Assembly: GCF_009914755.1 (NCBI RefSeq)
Contig: NC_060930.1
Strand: one strand, 5' to 3'
DNA from: the human T2T-CHM13v2.0 reference genome, Homo sapiens
DNA: 64,000 bases
The translations under genes and the position numbers were made by a program. Positions 1 to 13,994 of this stretch are shown here, one piece after another. The notes below the pieces were generated by a model. That model saw nothing but the letters and a program-made list of their open reading frames with translations, was not told the DNA's origin and did no database searches. How positions within the stretch are numbered: position 1 is the stretch's first letter; each line of letters opens with the position of its first letter.

Positions 1-429
1 TGCCTTGCCCTGTAGATGGATATTATGAGGAAGATAAGAGATAAAGCCAAGTCAGTTGCCTAGCCCATCTAAAGCACATGATAAGCACTTCATGATGCTT
101 AAATATCCCCCTTCCCGCTTTTTGGAAGGAGAAAGAAATTCTGAAACTGCTTGATAAAAAGAAGGGATACAGGCCTTACCTAATAAGTTAATCAGGTATG
201 GGTATTTGAAGTGTGAGACAAGTAGGGTAGCTAGGGAAAGAGGAGTGGGGAGATATGGAAAAAAATGTTTTTGATTTACTTTGGTATATGAGATGATCAA
301 GAAAGCAAAGGAGGCTGATATAGCTTGAGGTAGACTCAGGCCGTGTGGTCTGCTCTAAAGTGAGGTAAGCCCAAGGAAGAACTCAGCCCTGAAGAGCCCT
401 GAAGTGAGAGAACTTCACGATAATGTTAA

Positions 430-545
430 AAATTTAGAGCTTAAAGGGATCGTAATCAATTCCTTTATTTTGTAGAGGAGAAAACTGACATCTGGAGAGG
501 TTACGTAACAGGCTAAAACCACACAGCGTGACAATTGGCAGAGGA
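430..545. mobile_element. MIR SINE fragment
   Basis: MIR core-like ttttgtagaggagaaaactgac...agaggttacgtaac...ccacacagc. Confidence 0.55.
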
Positions 546-869
546 CTTCTCAATTTATCAACTTGAAAAATTACGTCTATGATCGAGAGAAGAAAATGAT
601 AACTTGAACAAATATCTGATTACTACCAGACTGTCAGAGCAAACGCTATATCTTATTCATCATTATATCTCTAGTAGCCAGGGAAGTGCCCAACCTGTAG
701 TATTCAATTATGTTTGTTAGGTTGATCCAAAATAAATATTAAATTTGGAGGGGACTTGTTAAACCATAAGTGCACATTTTTGTGATATAAAACAGTGTGG
801 CATATTTTATTAAATATATGAAACATCTTTAGTATCATCCTGATCTTCCATGTAGATGGAAGAATCTCA

Positions 870-1110
870 CAGACGTAAAAGAACCCTATCACAAAAGAAT
901 ACATACTGTATGATTTCACTTATAAAAAGCTCCAGAAACAGGCAAAATTCTATGGTGCTAGACTTAGAATAGTAGTTACCTCTGGGGAGTAGAAGGTGAT
1001 ATTAGGGGGGCTTCAGAGATTCTGGTGATATTCTATTTCATGACTGAGCCGGACACTTATAATTTGTATACTTTCCTGTATTAAGTTATACTTAAATTAT
1101 AAAAAGCTTA
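870..1110 (+). mobile_element. Old L1 (L1ME-type) 3' end
   Basis: acaaaagaatacatactgtatgatt...ggcaaaa...tatggtgctagac..agaatagtagttacc, typical L1ME 3' UTR. Confidence 0.65.
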
Positions 1111-1564
1111 AAATATGGAGCAGCTTATGTATTGAATTTTCTTATATATCATTGTTTAAGCTTAGAAGTAGTAGTACATGATTACTTTAAATATGACTCA
1201 AACAGCTGTCTTAGAATGTATAGCTGCCTCAAAATAAAGTAAGACAGTCTCCACTCAGTCTCCCACCCTTAAATTGTATTCTTAGCAAAAAAAGTTAGTA
1301 CAGTATGCAATTAAGCTTTTCTGTATTTAAGTGTTTATTTTCTTTCATAGAACTTTTAAGATATCAAAAAAATTAAGCATAGAACTATATATAATATGAT
1401 AGATGTCTACCTCTGTAATCTCCATATGTATAGGAAAAACTTATATAAGCTATAAACAAACTTTTTTCTGAGAAAGGGGTATTCATTTCTACTGTTATGC
1501 TTTTAATATTGTTTGAATGTTTTATAATAAGCATGGATCACTTTTTCAGTTCAAAAAAGATACA

Positions 1565-1853
1565 TTTTTATTTTATTTTTTGAGATGGAGTCTCATTCTG
1601 TTGCCCAGGCTGGAGCAGTCTCAGTTCATTGCAACCTCCACCTCCCAGGTTCAAGCAATTCTCCTGCCTCAGCCTCCTGAGTAGCTGGGATTACAGGTGT
1701 ATGCCACCACACCCAGCTACTTTTTGTATTTTTAGTAGAGATGGGGTTTCAACATGTTGGGCAGGCTGGTCTCAAACTCCTGACCTCAGGTGATCTGCCT
1801 GTCTCAGCCTCCCAAAGTGCTGGGATTACAGGCGTGAGCCACAGCACCTGGCC
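1565..1853 (-). mobile_element. AluS
   Basis: Alu reverse complement with T tail; small internal deletion; TSD-like aaaaagatac/aaaaaggatac. Confidence 0.95.
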
Positions 1854-1940
1854 TAAAAAGGATACGTTTCTTAAAGAATCAAGTAAAATGATATATCTTA
1901 GTTATTTAAAATTTTATTTCCTGGAATAAGAAAAAGTCTC

Positions 1941-2229
1941 GACTGGGCGTGGTGGCTCACACCTGTAATGCCAGCAATTTGGGAGGCTGAGGCAGGTGTT
2001 CAAGACCAGCCTGGCCAACATGGTGAAACCCCGTCTCTACTAAAAAATACAAAAATTAGCCGGGCATGGTGGCGGGCACCTGCAATCCCAGCTACTTGGG
2101 AGGCTGAGGCAGGGAGAATTGCTTGAACGCAGGAAGCAGAGGTTGCAGTGAGCTGAGATCATGCCACTGCACTCCAGCCTGCACAACAGAGTGAGACTCC
2201 ATCTCAAAAAAAGAAAAAAGGAAAAGAAA
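1941..2229 (+). mobile_element. AluS with a ~19-bp left-arm deletion
   Basis: Alu consensus; TSD aagaaaa(a)gtctc. Confidence 0.95.
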
Positions 2230-4132
2230 AGTCTCAACCATTTTTTCTTTTTTGTTGTTTACTCATTAAAAATTTATAAAATAAATTAGTTGACTGTTAA
2301 TCAAGAAAAACACTAATAATTTTGATTCTTTAAATGCCTATTTAATATAGTCACTTAGATAAGGGATAGAAGTTCGATTTATGTAGTTGGGATTTTTTCC
2401 TCATGTTCCAAATTTCTATGATAAGTGAAATTGCTTTTATAATAAAAAATGCTAAGATGGGCAAATCTGTGTTTATTATTTCAATCTTTGCTTAAGAGGT
2501 TAGTATGTTATAGTTTTAAAAGATTTTCTCCACAATGTCTTTATTCTTTGTTCCAACTGGGATGGAGTAGAAGCTATATAAAGTTATTTTGTGAGATGGC
2601 TGTTTTTCTAATGGTATTATTCAGGATTGCTAAAAATACACACAATAGATTTTGGGGACAATATAAACTGCTTTAATACAGTTCCTTTAGTCATACATTT
2701 TTCTTTCCAAACTCAAAGGCCTTTGACACATGAGTATGCTCAGAAGGGTGTGCTAACCTCCCTCCTTTTCCTCTCCAAATTTTCTAATTGCATTTTTTTT
2801 AGATTGTGTAATTGTATTTGTCCTTTGTATATATAAATATGCAAACTATTTTAAAATAAATTTTGTTTGCTGGCTGATTAGTGTTGTATATTAGAATTGG
2901 ATGGTGATAAGAGGTCACAGGCCTTGTAAATATCACTGGAAATTAGGAAATTTCTTAGAGATCATGCTCTTTTGACTAGATTCACTGTCGACTTGCAGCT
3001 TAGCTTCCCCCCGCCTCCACCCTTCTGCAAAGAGCTTTGAAGAATCTAGCGTAAGTGAATGAAATCTGAAAATCTGAGGTTTATTTAAAAAAAAAAAATA
3101 TATATATATATATATAAACTGAGTGTTAGTATTTTTCAGACAATTAAGTGCTAACATCTAAGTGCTTTGGTAATAGTTCTTTTGCTGCTGATTAGGTATT
3201 CCTCAGTGGTGATTAGTGAATGTACAAATGCAATCATTTCGTAGGTCTTAATCACTCATATGATCGAGAAGTTAGTTACCCAGAAAGAGAAATTGAAGCT
3301 GTATAACTTTCATTAGCCTTATTTTTTAATAGCAAAAAATAAGAAAACTTTTTGACTAAATTAGGAATACTGAGTCATATAAGATAAATTGTAGTTTAAA
3401 AGAAATAGAGAACCTGGCAAATATATTTATATGACTGTATTGTGACACTGTATTTGATGTCTTTAGTAAAGATAGCTTATGAAAAATTGACCATTGCTTA
3501 CCATAGTAGGGCAGGTTTTTCTCAGGGAGATTGAGTAAGACATGTTCCCTGCATAAGGACATTTTTCCTTCTTCTTTTTTTTTTTTACTGGGTGACTGAG
3601 CTCTCGCAATTATAGCAGGAACAAGGGAAAGAAAGTATTTTTTCACATTTATGACATCAAGAAAAACACAGAACATCTTGAGGCAAGGGGAGAAATATAT
3701 ATTCATATATCTCTTTTCTTCTCAAGAAGTAATGTAGTATATATATAAAACACAGGACATCTTGAGGCAAGGAGAGAGTAGAATGCATGTTTTTGGGCAA
3801 TGCTGTATTTTCCTCTGGTGGGATTGGTTATAGGGCCCAGGTCCTAAAGGAGAGGCCTGGGGAGTTGGGTTTGGACAACTTGGAGTGATGAGCTAGGGAT
3901 ATCTGTATAGAGACTCCAACAGGTTGCTCATGCCAGCATTGCAGGGAGCCATGACTTTTGCTAGTTTTTCAGGGCTGTTCTTCAAATGTTAGTTCAAAAG
4001 CCTAGGTTTGTAGGCCTCCCTAGAGGACCAGCTTCTTGGGTGTTATTTTATGCTAATCAAATTCAGAATTGCTGATATATAATCAAAATGCTATACCTAT
4101 ACTAGCCACAACCCAGTCTTTGGGTCTTCACT

Positions 4133-4257
4133 CAGGGTAACCAAGCATCCCAGATTGTCTAGGATTGTCCTAGTGTTAGCACTGAAAGTTCTATATCCAG
4201 AAACCCCCCTTAGTCTTGGGGAAACCCCTCATTTCCAGGGGATTGTTGGTCACCTAT
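4133..4257. mobile_element. MER81-like hAT-Blackjack MITE
   Basis: Terminal inverted repeats agggtaaccaa...ttggtcacct and internal ttagcactgaaagt. Confidence 0.7.
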
Positions 4258-4426
4258 TTTACTCTCCTGAGCCCCTTAGCACCTGCAGCATGGGAGGAGG
4301 GGAAATGCAATCTATGCCCTGGATGCAGATGATAAACAGCCCTCAGCCCTTGCGTAACAGTACAACCCAGGATGCACTTTCAGGGAGGAAGAACATTGCT
4401 ACTTCTCAAGTGTGCCCAGATATTGC

Positions 4427-4900
4427 TGTTCTGATTATCTCTTGCTGCATAACAAATTACTGTAAAATGACTGTAAAAGAGGTTTAAAAAACATTACTTT
4501 ATTCTCTCCTGGTTTCTGTAGGTCAAGGATTTGGTAAAGGCTCAGCTGGCAATTCTGGCTCCCTCAGTAAGAGTGGCTACAGCTAGAACAGCTGGGGACT
4601 GTCAACACCTCTGTCTTCATGTCATCTCAGTGCCTCTCCAGGGCCTCCTCTCTGTATGGGATAGTTTAAGCTTTCTCACAGCATAGTAGCCTCCAGGCAA
4701 TTAAATGCTCAACTGGCACTTCAGAGTTCCGGAGCAAGCATTCCAACCAATAAGAAGCTGCCTCAAGTGTCACCTAGGATATTATTGCATAGACCATTTC
4801 CATCATAGTCACAACATTCAAGGAGTGGGACATAGACTTCACTTCTTGATAACTGGAATATCAACATCACATTGTAAGAAGAACATGTTGGGATGGAGAG
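4427..4900 (-). mobile_element. MLT1-type MaLR solo LTR (old)
   Basis: tcttgctgcataacaaattac, ggctcagctgg and ttctcacagcatagtagcc motifs. Confidence 0.65.
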
Positions 4901-4975
4901 ATTATTTTACAATGTACAAGTCTTAAAACCCACCACAATTACGTTGGTTCCGAAGGTTTGAAAAATGCAGTTTTT

Positions 4976-5278
<303 letters not shown>

Positions 5279-5440
5279 TCATTAATAAAAATAGTGATGT
5301 TGTTAAAATATATTTTTCCCATGAATTGCCATTAAGACAATTTTCATTTTGAATGCAAACAAAATGTCAGCCTATAGTTGTTTCTTGACTTGTCCTGAAA
5401 TCCCTTAGTCACCATTCTTCTACTGAAGTGAATATCTCCC

Positions 5441-5482
<42 letters not shown>
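5441..5482. repeat. (ATCT)10 tetranucleotide microsatellite
   Basis: Read directly. Confidence 0.95.
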
Positions 5483-5489
5483 ATCTGCA

Positions 5490-7009
5490 CAGGCATACCT
5501 TAGAGATATCGAGGGTTTGGTTCTAGGCTACTGCAATACAACAGTATTGCAATAAAATGAGTTGCAGGAAGCTTTTGGTTTCTCAGTGCATATAAAGGTT
5601 ATATTTATACTATACTATAGTCTATTAAGTGTGCAATGGTATTATGTCTAAAGAAAACCTTAATTAAAAAAATACTTTATTGCTAAAAATGCCAATAATC
5701 ATCTGAACTTTCAGTGAGTGGTCATCTTTTTGCTGGTCTTGCCTCGATGTTGATGGCTGCTGACTAATCAGGATGGTGACTGCTAAAGGTTGGAGTGGCT
5801 GTGGCAGTTTCTTAAGATAATGTTGAAGGTTGCTATATAGATTGACTCTTCCTTTCACAAAAGGTATTTATGGCAGATATAGCCTTACAAAATGTATTTC
5901 TTAAATAATAATACTTACAAGTTGAAATTACTTCTTGATTCATGCATGGGCTGCAGAATGGATGTTATGTTAACAGGCAGGGAAACAACATTTATCTCCT
6001 TGTGCACTTCCATCAGAGCTCTTTGATGACCAAGTGGATTGTCATGAGCAGTAATCTTTTGAAAACAATCTTTCTTCTAAGCAGTAGCTCTGAACAGTAG
6101 GCTTAAAATATTTAGTAAACCATACTGTAAACAGATGTGCTGCCATCCAAGGGCTTTGTTATTTCATTTATAAAGCACAGGCAGAGTAGATGTAGCAAAA
6201 TTCTTAAGGGCCTTGGGATTTTCAGATTGGTAAATGAACATTTGCTTCAACATCAAGTCATCAGTTGCATTAGCCTCTAACAAGAGAGTCAGCCTGTCCT
6301 TTGAAGCTTTGAAGCCATGCATTGACTTCTCCTTTCTAGCTATGAAAGTCCTAGTTGGCATCTTCTTCCAGCAGAAGGCTGTTTCATCTCCAGTGAAAAT
6401 CTGTTGTTTAGTGTAGTCACCTTCATCAATGATCTTAACTAAGTCTTCTGGATAACTTGTTGCACCTTCTGCATCAGCACTTGCTGCTTTACCTTGCATT
6501 TTTATGTTATAGAGATGGCTTATTTATTGAAACCTCATGAACCAACCTCTGCTAGCTTCCATCTTTTCTTCTGCAGCTTCCTCACCTCTCTCAACCTTCA
6601 TAGAATTGAAGGGAGTTAGGGCCTTTCTCTGGATTAGGCTTTGGCTTAAGAGAATGTTGTGGCTGTTTTGATCTTCTATCCAGATCACTCAAACTTTTCT
6701 CCATATCAATAATAAGGCTGTTTTGCTTTCTTGTGGTTCATGTGTTCACTGGAGTAGCACTTTTCATTTCCTTCAAGAACTTTTCCTTTTCAATCATAAC
6801 TTAGCTAACTTTTTGTTGCAAGAGGCCTAGGTTTTTGTCTGTTGTGGCTTTTGTCATACCTTCCTCACTAAGCTTAATCATTTCTAGCTTTTGGTTGAGA
6901 GTGAGAGATGTGTGACTCTTCCTTTCACCTGAACACTTAGAGGTCATTGTAGGGCTATTAATCGACATAATTTCAATATTCTTGTTTCTCAGAGCATAGG
7001 GACACCTAA

Positions 7010-7050
<41 letters not shown>

Positions 7051-7400
7051 GCCAGTTGGTATAGCAGTCAGAATGCAAACAGCATGTATAAATTAAGTTC
7101 ACCCTCTTCTATGGGTGCAGTTTGTGGTACCCTAAAACAATTACAGTAATAGCATCAAAGATCACTGATCACATAATATGTGATCACCGATCATATAATT
7201 AATGACATAATTTTTAAAAGTTTGAAATATTACAAGAATTACCAAAATGTGATACAGAGACACAAAGTGAGCACATGCTGTTGGAAAATTGAGGCCAATA
7301 GACTTGCTTCATGCAGGGTTGCCACAAACTTTCACTTTGTAAAAATTGCAATATTTGAGAAGCACAATAAAGGGAAACACAATAAAATGAAGTATGCCTC
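5490..7400 (-). mobile_element. Tigger1 (TcMar-Tigger) DNA transposon, internally deleted
   Basis: Both TIRs present (caggcatacct... and ...aagtatgcct); ORF 6164-6499(-) encodes a pogo-family DDE fragment ([21 protein letters not shown]...[11 protein letters not shown]); contains (GA)n at 7013-7046. Confidence 0.92.
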
Positions 7401-7414
7401 TCATCTATGTAGAG

Positions 7415-7416
<2 letters not shown>

Positions 7417-7452
<36 letters not shown>
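7417..7452. repeat. (AC)n microsatellite
   Basis: Read directly. Confidence 0.95.
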
Positions 7453-7454
<2 letters not shown>

Positions 7455-7836
7455 CTACATATATTCCTCTCATGGCCCCCAAAATCCAACTGACCAAGAA
7501 GATAGGTGTTGCAAAAGTACATTTGCTCTCAAAGTAAGAATTTGGGATGTGTGTGGTGTATGTGCTTGTGTGCACATATGCACCCTGGGGGAATGGAAAG
7601 AAAGGAGCACTTGGGAGAAGAGAAGGGCATTAGTGGCACAGGGTGACTCGGGTTGAAAGGAGGCATCCACAGCAGGAAAGCGCACTGAAATGTTGGTGGC
7701 CAGAGAGGAAACTAAAAGGGAGACATGGGCAGTGGCAGCCATTTAGAAGCGAAGGATGGGCATACCTACGACATCATTCTAGTTTGGTCATTTGGTTTAA
7801 AATGTGGACAGTAATGTTCTGGCCCAACTCTCTCTC

Positions 7837-7871
<35 letters not shown>

Positions 7872-8146
7872 CAAGGTCTTGCTCTGTTGCCCAGGCTGAA
7901 GTGCAGTGGCACGATCATAGCTCATTGCAACCTCCACCTCCCAGGCTCAAGCAATGCTCGCAGCTTAGCCGGCCAAATAGCTGAGACTACAGGCGTGTGC
8001 CACCACGCCCAGCTAATTTTTGTATTTTTTGTAGAGATGGGTTTTGCTATGTTGCTCAGGCTGGTCTCAAACTCCTGGACAAACACAATCTGCCTGTCTC
8101 AGCCTCCCAAAGTGCTGGAATTACAGGCGTGAACCACCATTGTCCA
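7837..8146 (-). mobile_element. AluJ
   Basis: Reverse-complement Alu with J-type diagnostics (gatcatagctcattgca, ggctcaagc). Confidence 0.92.
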
Positions 8147-8558
8147 CTCCCAGCTCTCTTATGCTGCCTCTGCCCTCCTGTGGTGCTTAAGACCCATGAG
8201 TTATTCTTTCTGGTAGCCTCTAGTTTCTCACTCCAGGGTATTAGAAATTGGGCTATTTTAAAAAAAACCCAGATGAAGTTATTTGGGGAATTTGCTGACA
8301 GCACTTTTTAGGCAATGTTTCAGAAAACATGATGCAAATTTTAATTTTTTTAAACTGATATTTCAGTGGCTTGATATATTTAATATTGCAACTTTAGTTT
8401 TATGAATCTTGCATGAGTTCTGTTGTTTTCTTGTCATCTCATTATATTAGTTTTTGAGCAAACATTTGAAAAATTTTAAAAATGTATAGTATAAGGGAAG
8501 GATTGTAATTCTGAGCCACTACTTGTTTAAAAAGGCACTTCATTTGTTTGGATTGTAG

Positions 8559-8641
8559 GAATATTGTAATACAGTCCAGCTAGATTCTGGGATAGATTAC
8601 CGGAAAAGGGAACTTCCTGCTGCAGGAAAACTCTACTACCT
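8559..8641 (+). CDS. AFG1L: AFG1L internal coding exon A (83 nt, phase 0 to 2), EYCNTVQLDSGIDYRKRELPAAGKLYY(L); probably exon 8 (numbering from memory)
   Basis: Acceptor ttgtag at 8553-8558, donor gtaagt at 8642; open frame with the AFG1-family DSGxDYR motif; CT joins the first C of the next exon to give Leu. Confidence 0.95.
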
Positions 8642-10212
8642 GTAAGTGTTTCTAATTTTTAAAGTTTAATGTCTAATCGTTAATCAGAAAAAGAACATAA
8701 AAATAAGCAGTTTAATTATTGGAACGTGAAAGGCTGGTTCTGAAGCCCATGATTTTTAAATTGCAAATGTTCTCATGTTAACTTCTTCAACCCGTGTCTT
8801 TACCATCCATATTTGCATCATTTATAATGTGTGATTGGACAAAACCCTAATTAGTTTTTTGGGGTGGAATGATGACAGATGGTTAGAATGTAATGAGTAT
8901 CCTTTTATAAGAGACTCTATTATTACGAGAATATCTTTAATGTGTGAAGTAATTAATTATTTGTGGATATCATCTGACAAGTGTGCCATTTCCGTTCCCC
9001 CCAAAATTGTTGTTTTATTTGTCAATCTGTTTGTATTTATCATTGTTGATTGACTTCCATATATAACTGATCTACAATATATATACACAAATACAACTGG
9101 ATATATTTTTGTCTTTTAAAAGCTAAGATGCTCCTGAGTAGGAGCGATTTATAATAATAGGTGTATTCAGCACGTGCAGTTAATACTGAAAAACAAATAT
9201 AGTTTGTTTTAAAATGTCCTTTGTGAGAACGTGAAAAGGAAAAAGTGCTTTAAAAAAGCAAACTTGTTTAGTATATGCCAACAGTGTTGGGCACATAGCA
9301 AATTCTCAGTAAATAGATCTGTCTAAGGACTAATTGTAATTTAACTAAAAGGCATGTTTCTGGTAATTTAAATTTTGATGACAACGTGCATTTGAGAGGT
9401 TGAGAAAAGTTCTTGTCTCTGCCACCTTGTAAGCAGAAGTACTTTACTGTTTTTGAAGCAGAAATTAGCTAGAAAAATCACATAATTAAAATTGCATACT
9501 TTACAGTGTACCAAGGGGACTATTTTAGTTTATTATTCAGATCCTGATGATTATTATAGGAGATTCTTCATTTGTCCTCAAGTACTTTGTCTTTAAAGTA
9601 CTTTATAATTTTAAAAAATTCATAGAGCACATTTTTCTGCTTTAACTTGGACTTTTTCTTCCCAGTTTCTTTTATGTTTGTGTTTACTGGATATTTTATT
9701 TTTCTAATATTCACAGCCTTTCCCTGATTTTTTGCTACCTGTGTCTTGATATTCCAGATGTATGGTACCAATGCATTAATTAATTATTATTCTCTTTATT
9801 CTTTTTTTAAAGGAGGTAATTCTTGTTCTCTGTTTTTTTTCAAAAAGTGTATCCTCATGTGGAAAAATAAAAATATTTTCCTGATGGGGAGTTCCTTAAA
9901 TAAAGATGGTAGTCTGAGTCTAAATTATAAAATTTGTTTCATAGTGCCAAAGAGGTCTTGGAAGTTACTGGAGGTGAAAAGGCTACTTTTGCTTGGAGCG
10001 TAGCCATTTTTTGTCTCTGACTTACCCTGTGTTACCCCTTCCTTTTCCTGATAAAAGTAATAGCATTCTAACCCAGTGAAGTTCAGTTTTGATCTTTAAA
10101 AATATGCTAGAGGAAAACCAACACTAACAATGTCCAGAGTCCAGGAAACCAGACCTACAAAGGACACCAGGAAACTCTGGACCAGCTTTCCTGAGAAGTA
10201 TATAAATTCAAA

Positions 10213-10608
<396 letters not shown>

Positions 10609-10944
10609 CTATCTATCTATCTATTCATTTAATCCTCAAGGAAGATAAATTTGTTCCTGAATTTAACATCCAAAGGGCTTGACCATAGTCAAGAATAGAA
10701 AGCCTGGGGGCACCCCTCAGTCAGAGGAGAAGGCAGATATGTAAGTATCCCTGAAGAGAATTAGCAATTAAAATCATCTCAGAAGTGGGAAAATAATATG
10801 AGTTACTAAGACAGGATGCTAGAGATGTGTATTATATTGTTTCACATGAGGACTTGGGTAGAACTTCTTTCATGAAGATTTTCTGAGGTTATGTTAACAT
10901 TTGATTTAATTAGGTTTCTTTTTATCTTGTTCTTGTAGAAAAAC

Positions 10945-12296
10945 TTTTTTTTTATTATTATACTTTAACTTTTAGGGTACATGTGCACAACCTGCAGGTT
11001 TGTTACATATATATACATGTGCCATGTTGGTGTGCTGCACCCATTAACTCCTCATTTAACATTAGGTATATCTCCTAATGCTATCCCTTCCCCCTCTCCC
11101 CACCCAACAACAGGCCCTGGTGTGTGATGTTCCCCTTCCTGTGTCCATGTGTTCTCATTGTTCAATTCCCACCTATGAGTGAGAATATGCAGTGTTTGGT
11201 TTTTTGTCCTTGCCATAGTTTGCTGAGAATGATGGTTTCCAGCTTCATCCATGTCCCTACAAAGGACATGAACTCATCCTTTTTTATGGCTGCATAGTAT
11301 TCCATGGTGTACATGTGCCACATTTTCTTAATCCAGTCTATCATTGTTGGACATTTGGGTTGGTTCCAAGTCTTTACTATTGTGAATAGTGCCACAATAA
11401 ACATACGTGTGCATGTGTCTTTATAGCAGCATGATTTATAATCCTTTGGGTATATACCCAGTAATGGGATGGCTTGATCAAATGGTATTTCTAGTTCTAG
11501 ATCCCTGAGGAGTCGCCACACTGACTTCCACAATGGTTGAACTAGTTTACATTCCCACCAACAGTGTAAAAGCATTCCTATTTCTCCACATCCTCTCCAG
11601 CACCTGTTGTTTCCTGACTTTTTAATGATCGCCATTCTAACTGGTGTGAGATGGTATCTCATTGTGGTTTTGATTTGCATTTCTCTGATGGCCAGTGATG
11701 ATGAGCATTTTTTCATGTGTCTGTTGGCTGCATAAATGTCTTCTTTTGAGAAGTGTCTGTTCATATCCTTCGCCCACTTGTTGATGGGGTTGTTTTTTTT
11801 CTTGTAAATTTGTTTGAGTTCATTGTAGATTCTGGGTATTAGCCCTTTGTCAGATGAGTAGATTGCAAAAATTTTCTCCCATTCTATAGGTTGTCTATTC
11901 ACTCTGATGGTAGTTTCTTTTGCTGTGCAGAAGCGCTTTAGTTTAATTAGATCCCATTTGTCAATTTTGGCTTTTGTTGCCATTGCTTTTGGTATTTTAG
12001 ACATGAAGTCCTTGCCCATGCCTATGTCCTGAATGGTATTGCCTAGGTTTTCTTCTAGCGTTTTTATGGTTTTAGGTCTAACATTTAAGTCTTAAATCCA
12101 TCTTGAATTAATTGTTGTATAAAGTGTAAGGAAGGGATCCAGTTTCAGCTTTCTACATATGGCTAGCCAGTTTTCCCAGAACCTTTTATTAAATAGTGAA
12201 TCCTTTCCCCATTTCTTAAGATCAGATAGTCGTAGATATGCGGCATTATTTCTGAGGGCTCTGTTCTGTTCCACTGGTATTAAAAAAAAAAAAAAA
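10945..12296 (-). mobile_element. 5'-truncated young L1PA (about PA3-PA5): ORF2 C-terminus plus 3' UTR
   Basis: ORF 11162-12019(-) is the L1 ORF2p C-terminus including the CWRGC...HCWWEC cysteine-rich domain; TSD agaaaaactt at 10937-10946 and 12296-12305. Confidence 0.95.
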
Positions 12297-13009
12297 GAAA
12301 AACTTATTAACTTTACCCTGTAACAGACTTTAATGTGCTATGCTAAATATTGCCCTATTAAAGCGTGTGTTTCTGTTTATTACCATCTGGCCAGACATCT
12401 GTAATCGATTCCTGAATATGCAAGTCCAGACTACCCCCTTGTCAGTTTCACTGGAGCCCCAACTGCCAGAAAACAAACAAGCAAACAAACAAAAACATAA
12501 AAAACAAAATTTTAGCTTCCTTCTAGGGGAACACCAAGCGCTATCTCAGAATTTCATACAAGTAAAATCCCACATACGATCTTTAATGAAACAGAAATAT
12601 TAATCTTCATCAACTCAGTATTTTATTAGTCTGATTTCCCAACACCAATTAAGAATATCCAAAATACAATCCAAATAATATCAAGAATTACCACAGATTT
12701 CTAAAACTACCCAAAAAGTTGACATGGAGCAATTTCTGTAGTTCATAATATTGCCTGAGTCCCACAAGAACTAATTCACATAAGACATTGCATGTTTGTA
12801 TGTAATATATATCACATTAAATTTAGGAATCCTAGAGTACCTTCGTAAGTAAGTTTCAGACGTTTTTGGCCCTGTAACAACCTCATATACAGCAAATTCA
12901 GAGAATTTAAATTTAGCAAGCTACAAAACAGAGACCTTGATTGCAAATATCCAAACTTTTGCATAGATTAAAACACCCCATGCTTGTCCAGTTTTTTATT
13001 CTGTACTAA

Positions 13010-13359
<350 letters not shown>

Positions 13360-13994
13360 AGTTTGTTTCTTTTCTAGTTGCTTGGTGAATAGCACTCAAC
13401 AAGGTCCCCATGCTGAAGTCCAAACAGATCAATCAAGCACTGGGCTTCCATTTGCATCTGGATGGAGACTTGGACAGTAATCTATTTTGAATTGTCTGGT
13501 ACTGATCAAGGGTGACCCCATCTCATGCTTACAGAGAATTTAACTGCTTCAGATTAGCTCTCTGTTTGGGGGCTGGTAATACTAGAGGTTATTATTTTAT
13601 ATATGCATATCTTTTTAAACAGGAAGCACCATTGCTGAAGGATCCATGATATGCTTCCCCAGGCCATTTTGCTATCCCTATTGTGAAGCGTTACTGGTTT
13701 CCTGGGGAGAGGAGTTCACATCACCCTGGACTCACACTTGCTGTCTCTTTTTTATTCCAAGGCTGAGTCCTATAGGTTCTTTTCTCTACTAAGTCTGTTG
13801 AAGGGAGGGTTCTATTCAAACACCATATCTTTCCATACTCACATACAAACACTGTGCCCTCCACACAGATGCCGTAACCTCAAGAGAAGTTTTAAACTGA
13901 ACCAAAAGGGATGGGGGCAGGCATTGGTCCTGGGATTTTATTTTACCCCACTTACGAGCCTAAACCTAAAATAGGTTTGCCTTTTATTATTTCA

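Noticed and set aside
6164-6499. 111-aa transposase-like ORF as a domesticated TIGD-type gene
   Set aside because: A fragment within a deleted, mutated Tigger1; the remainder of the frame is disrupted.
11162-12019. 285-aa ORF, the longest in the track
   Set aside because: It is the L1 ORF2p C-terminus of a 5'-truncated young L1; an open frame is expected from its age and there is no promoter.
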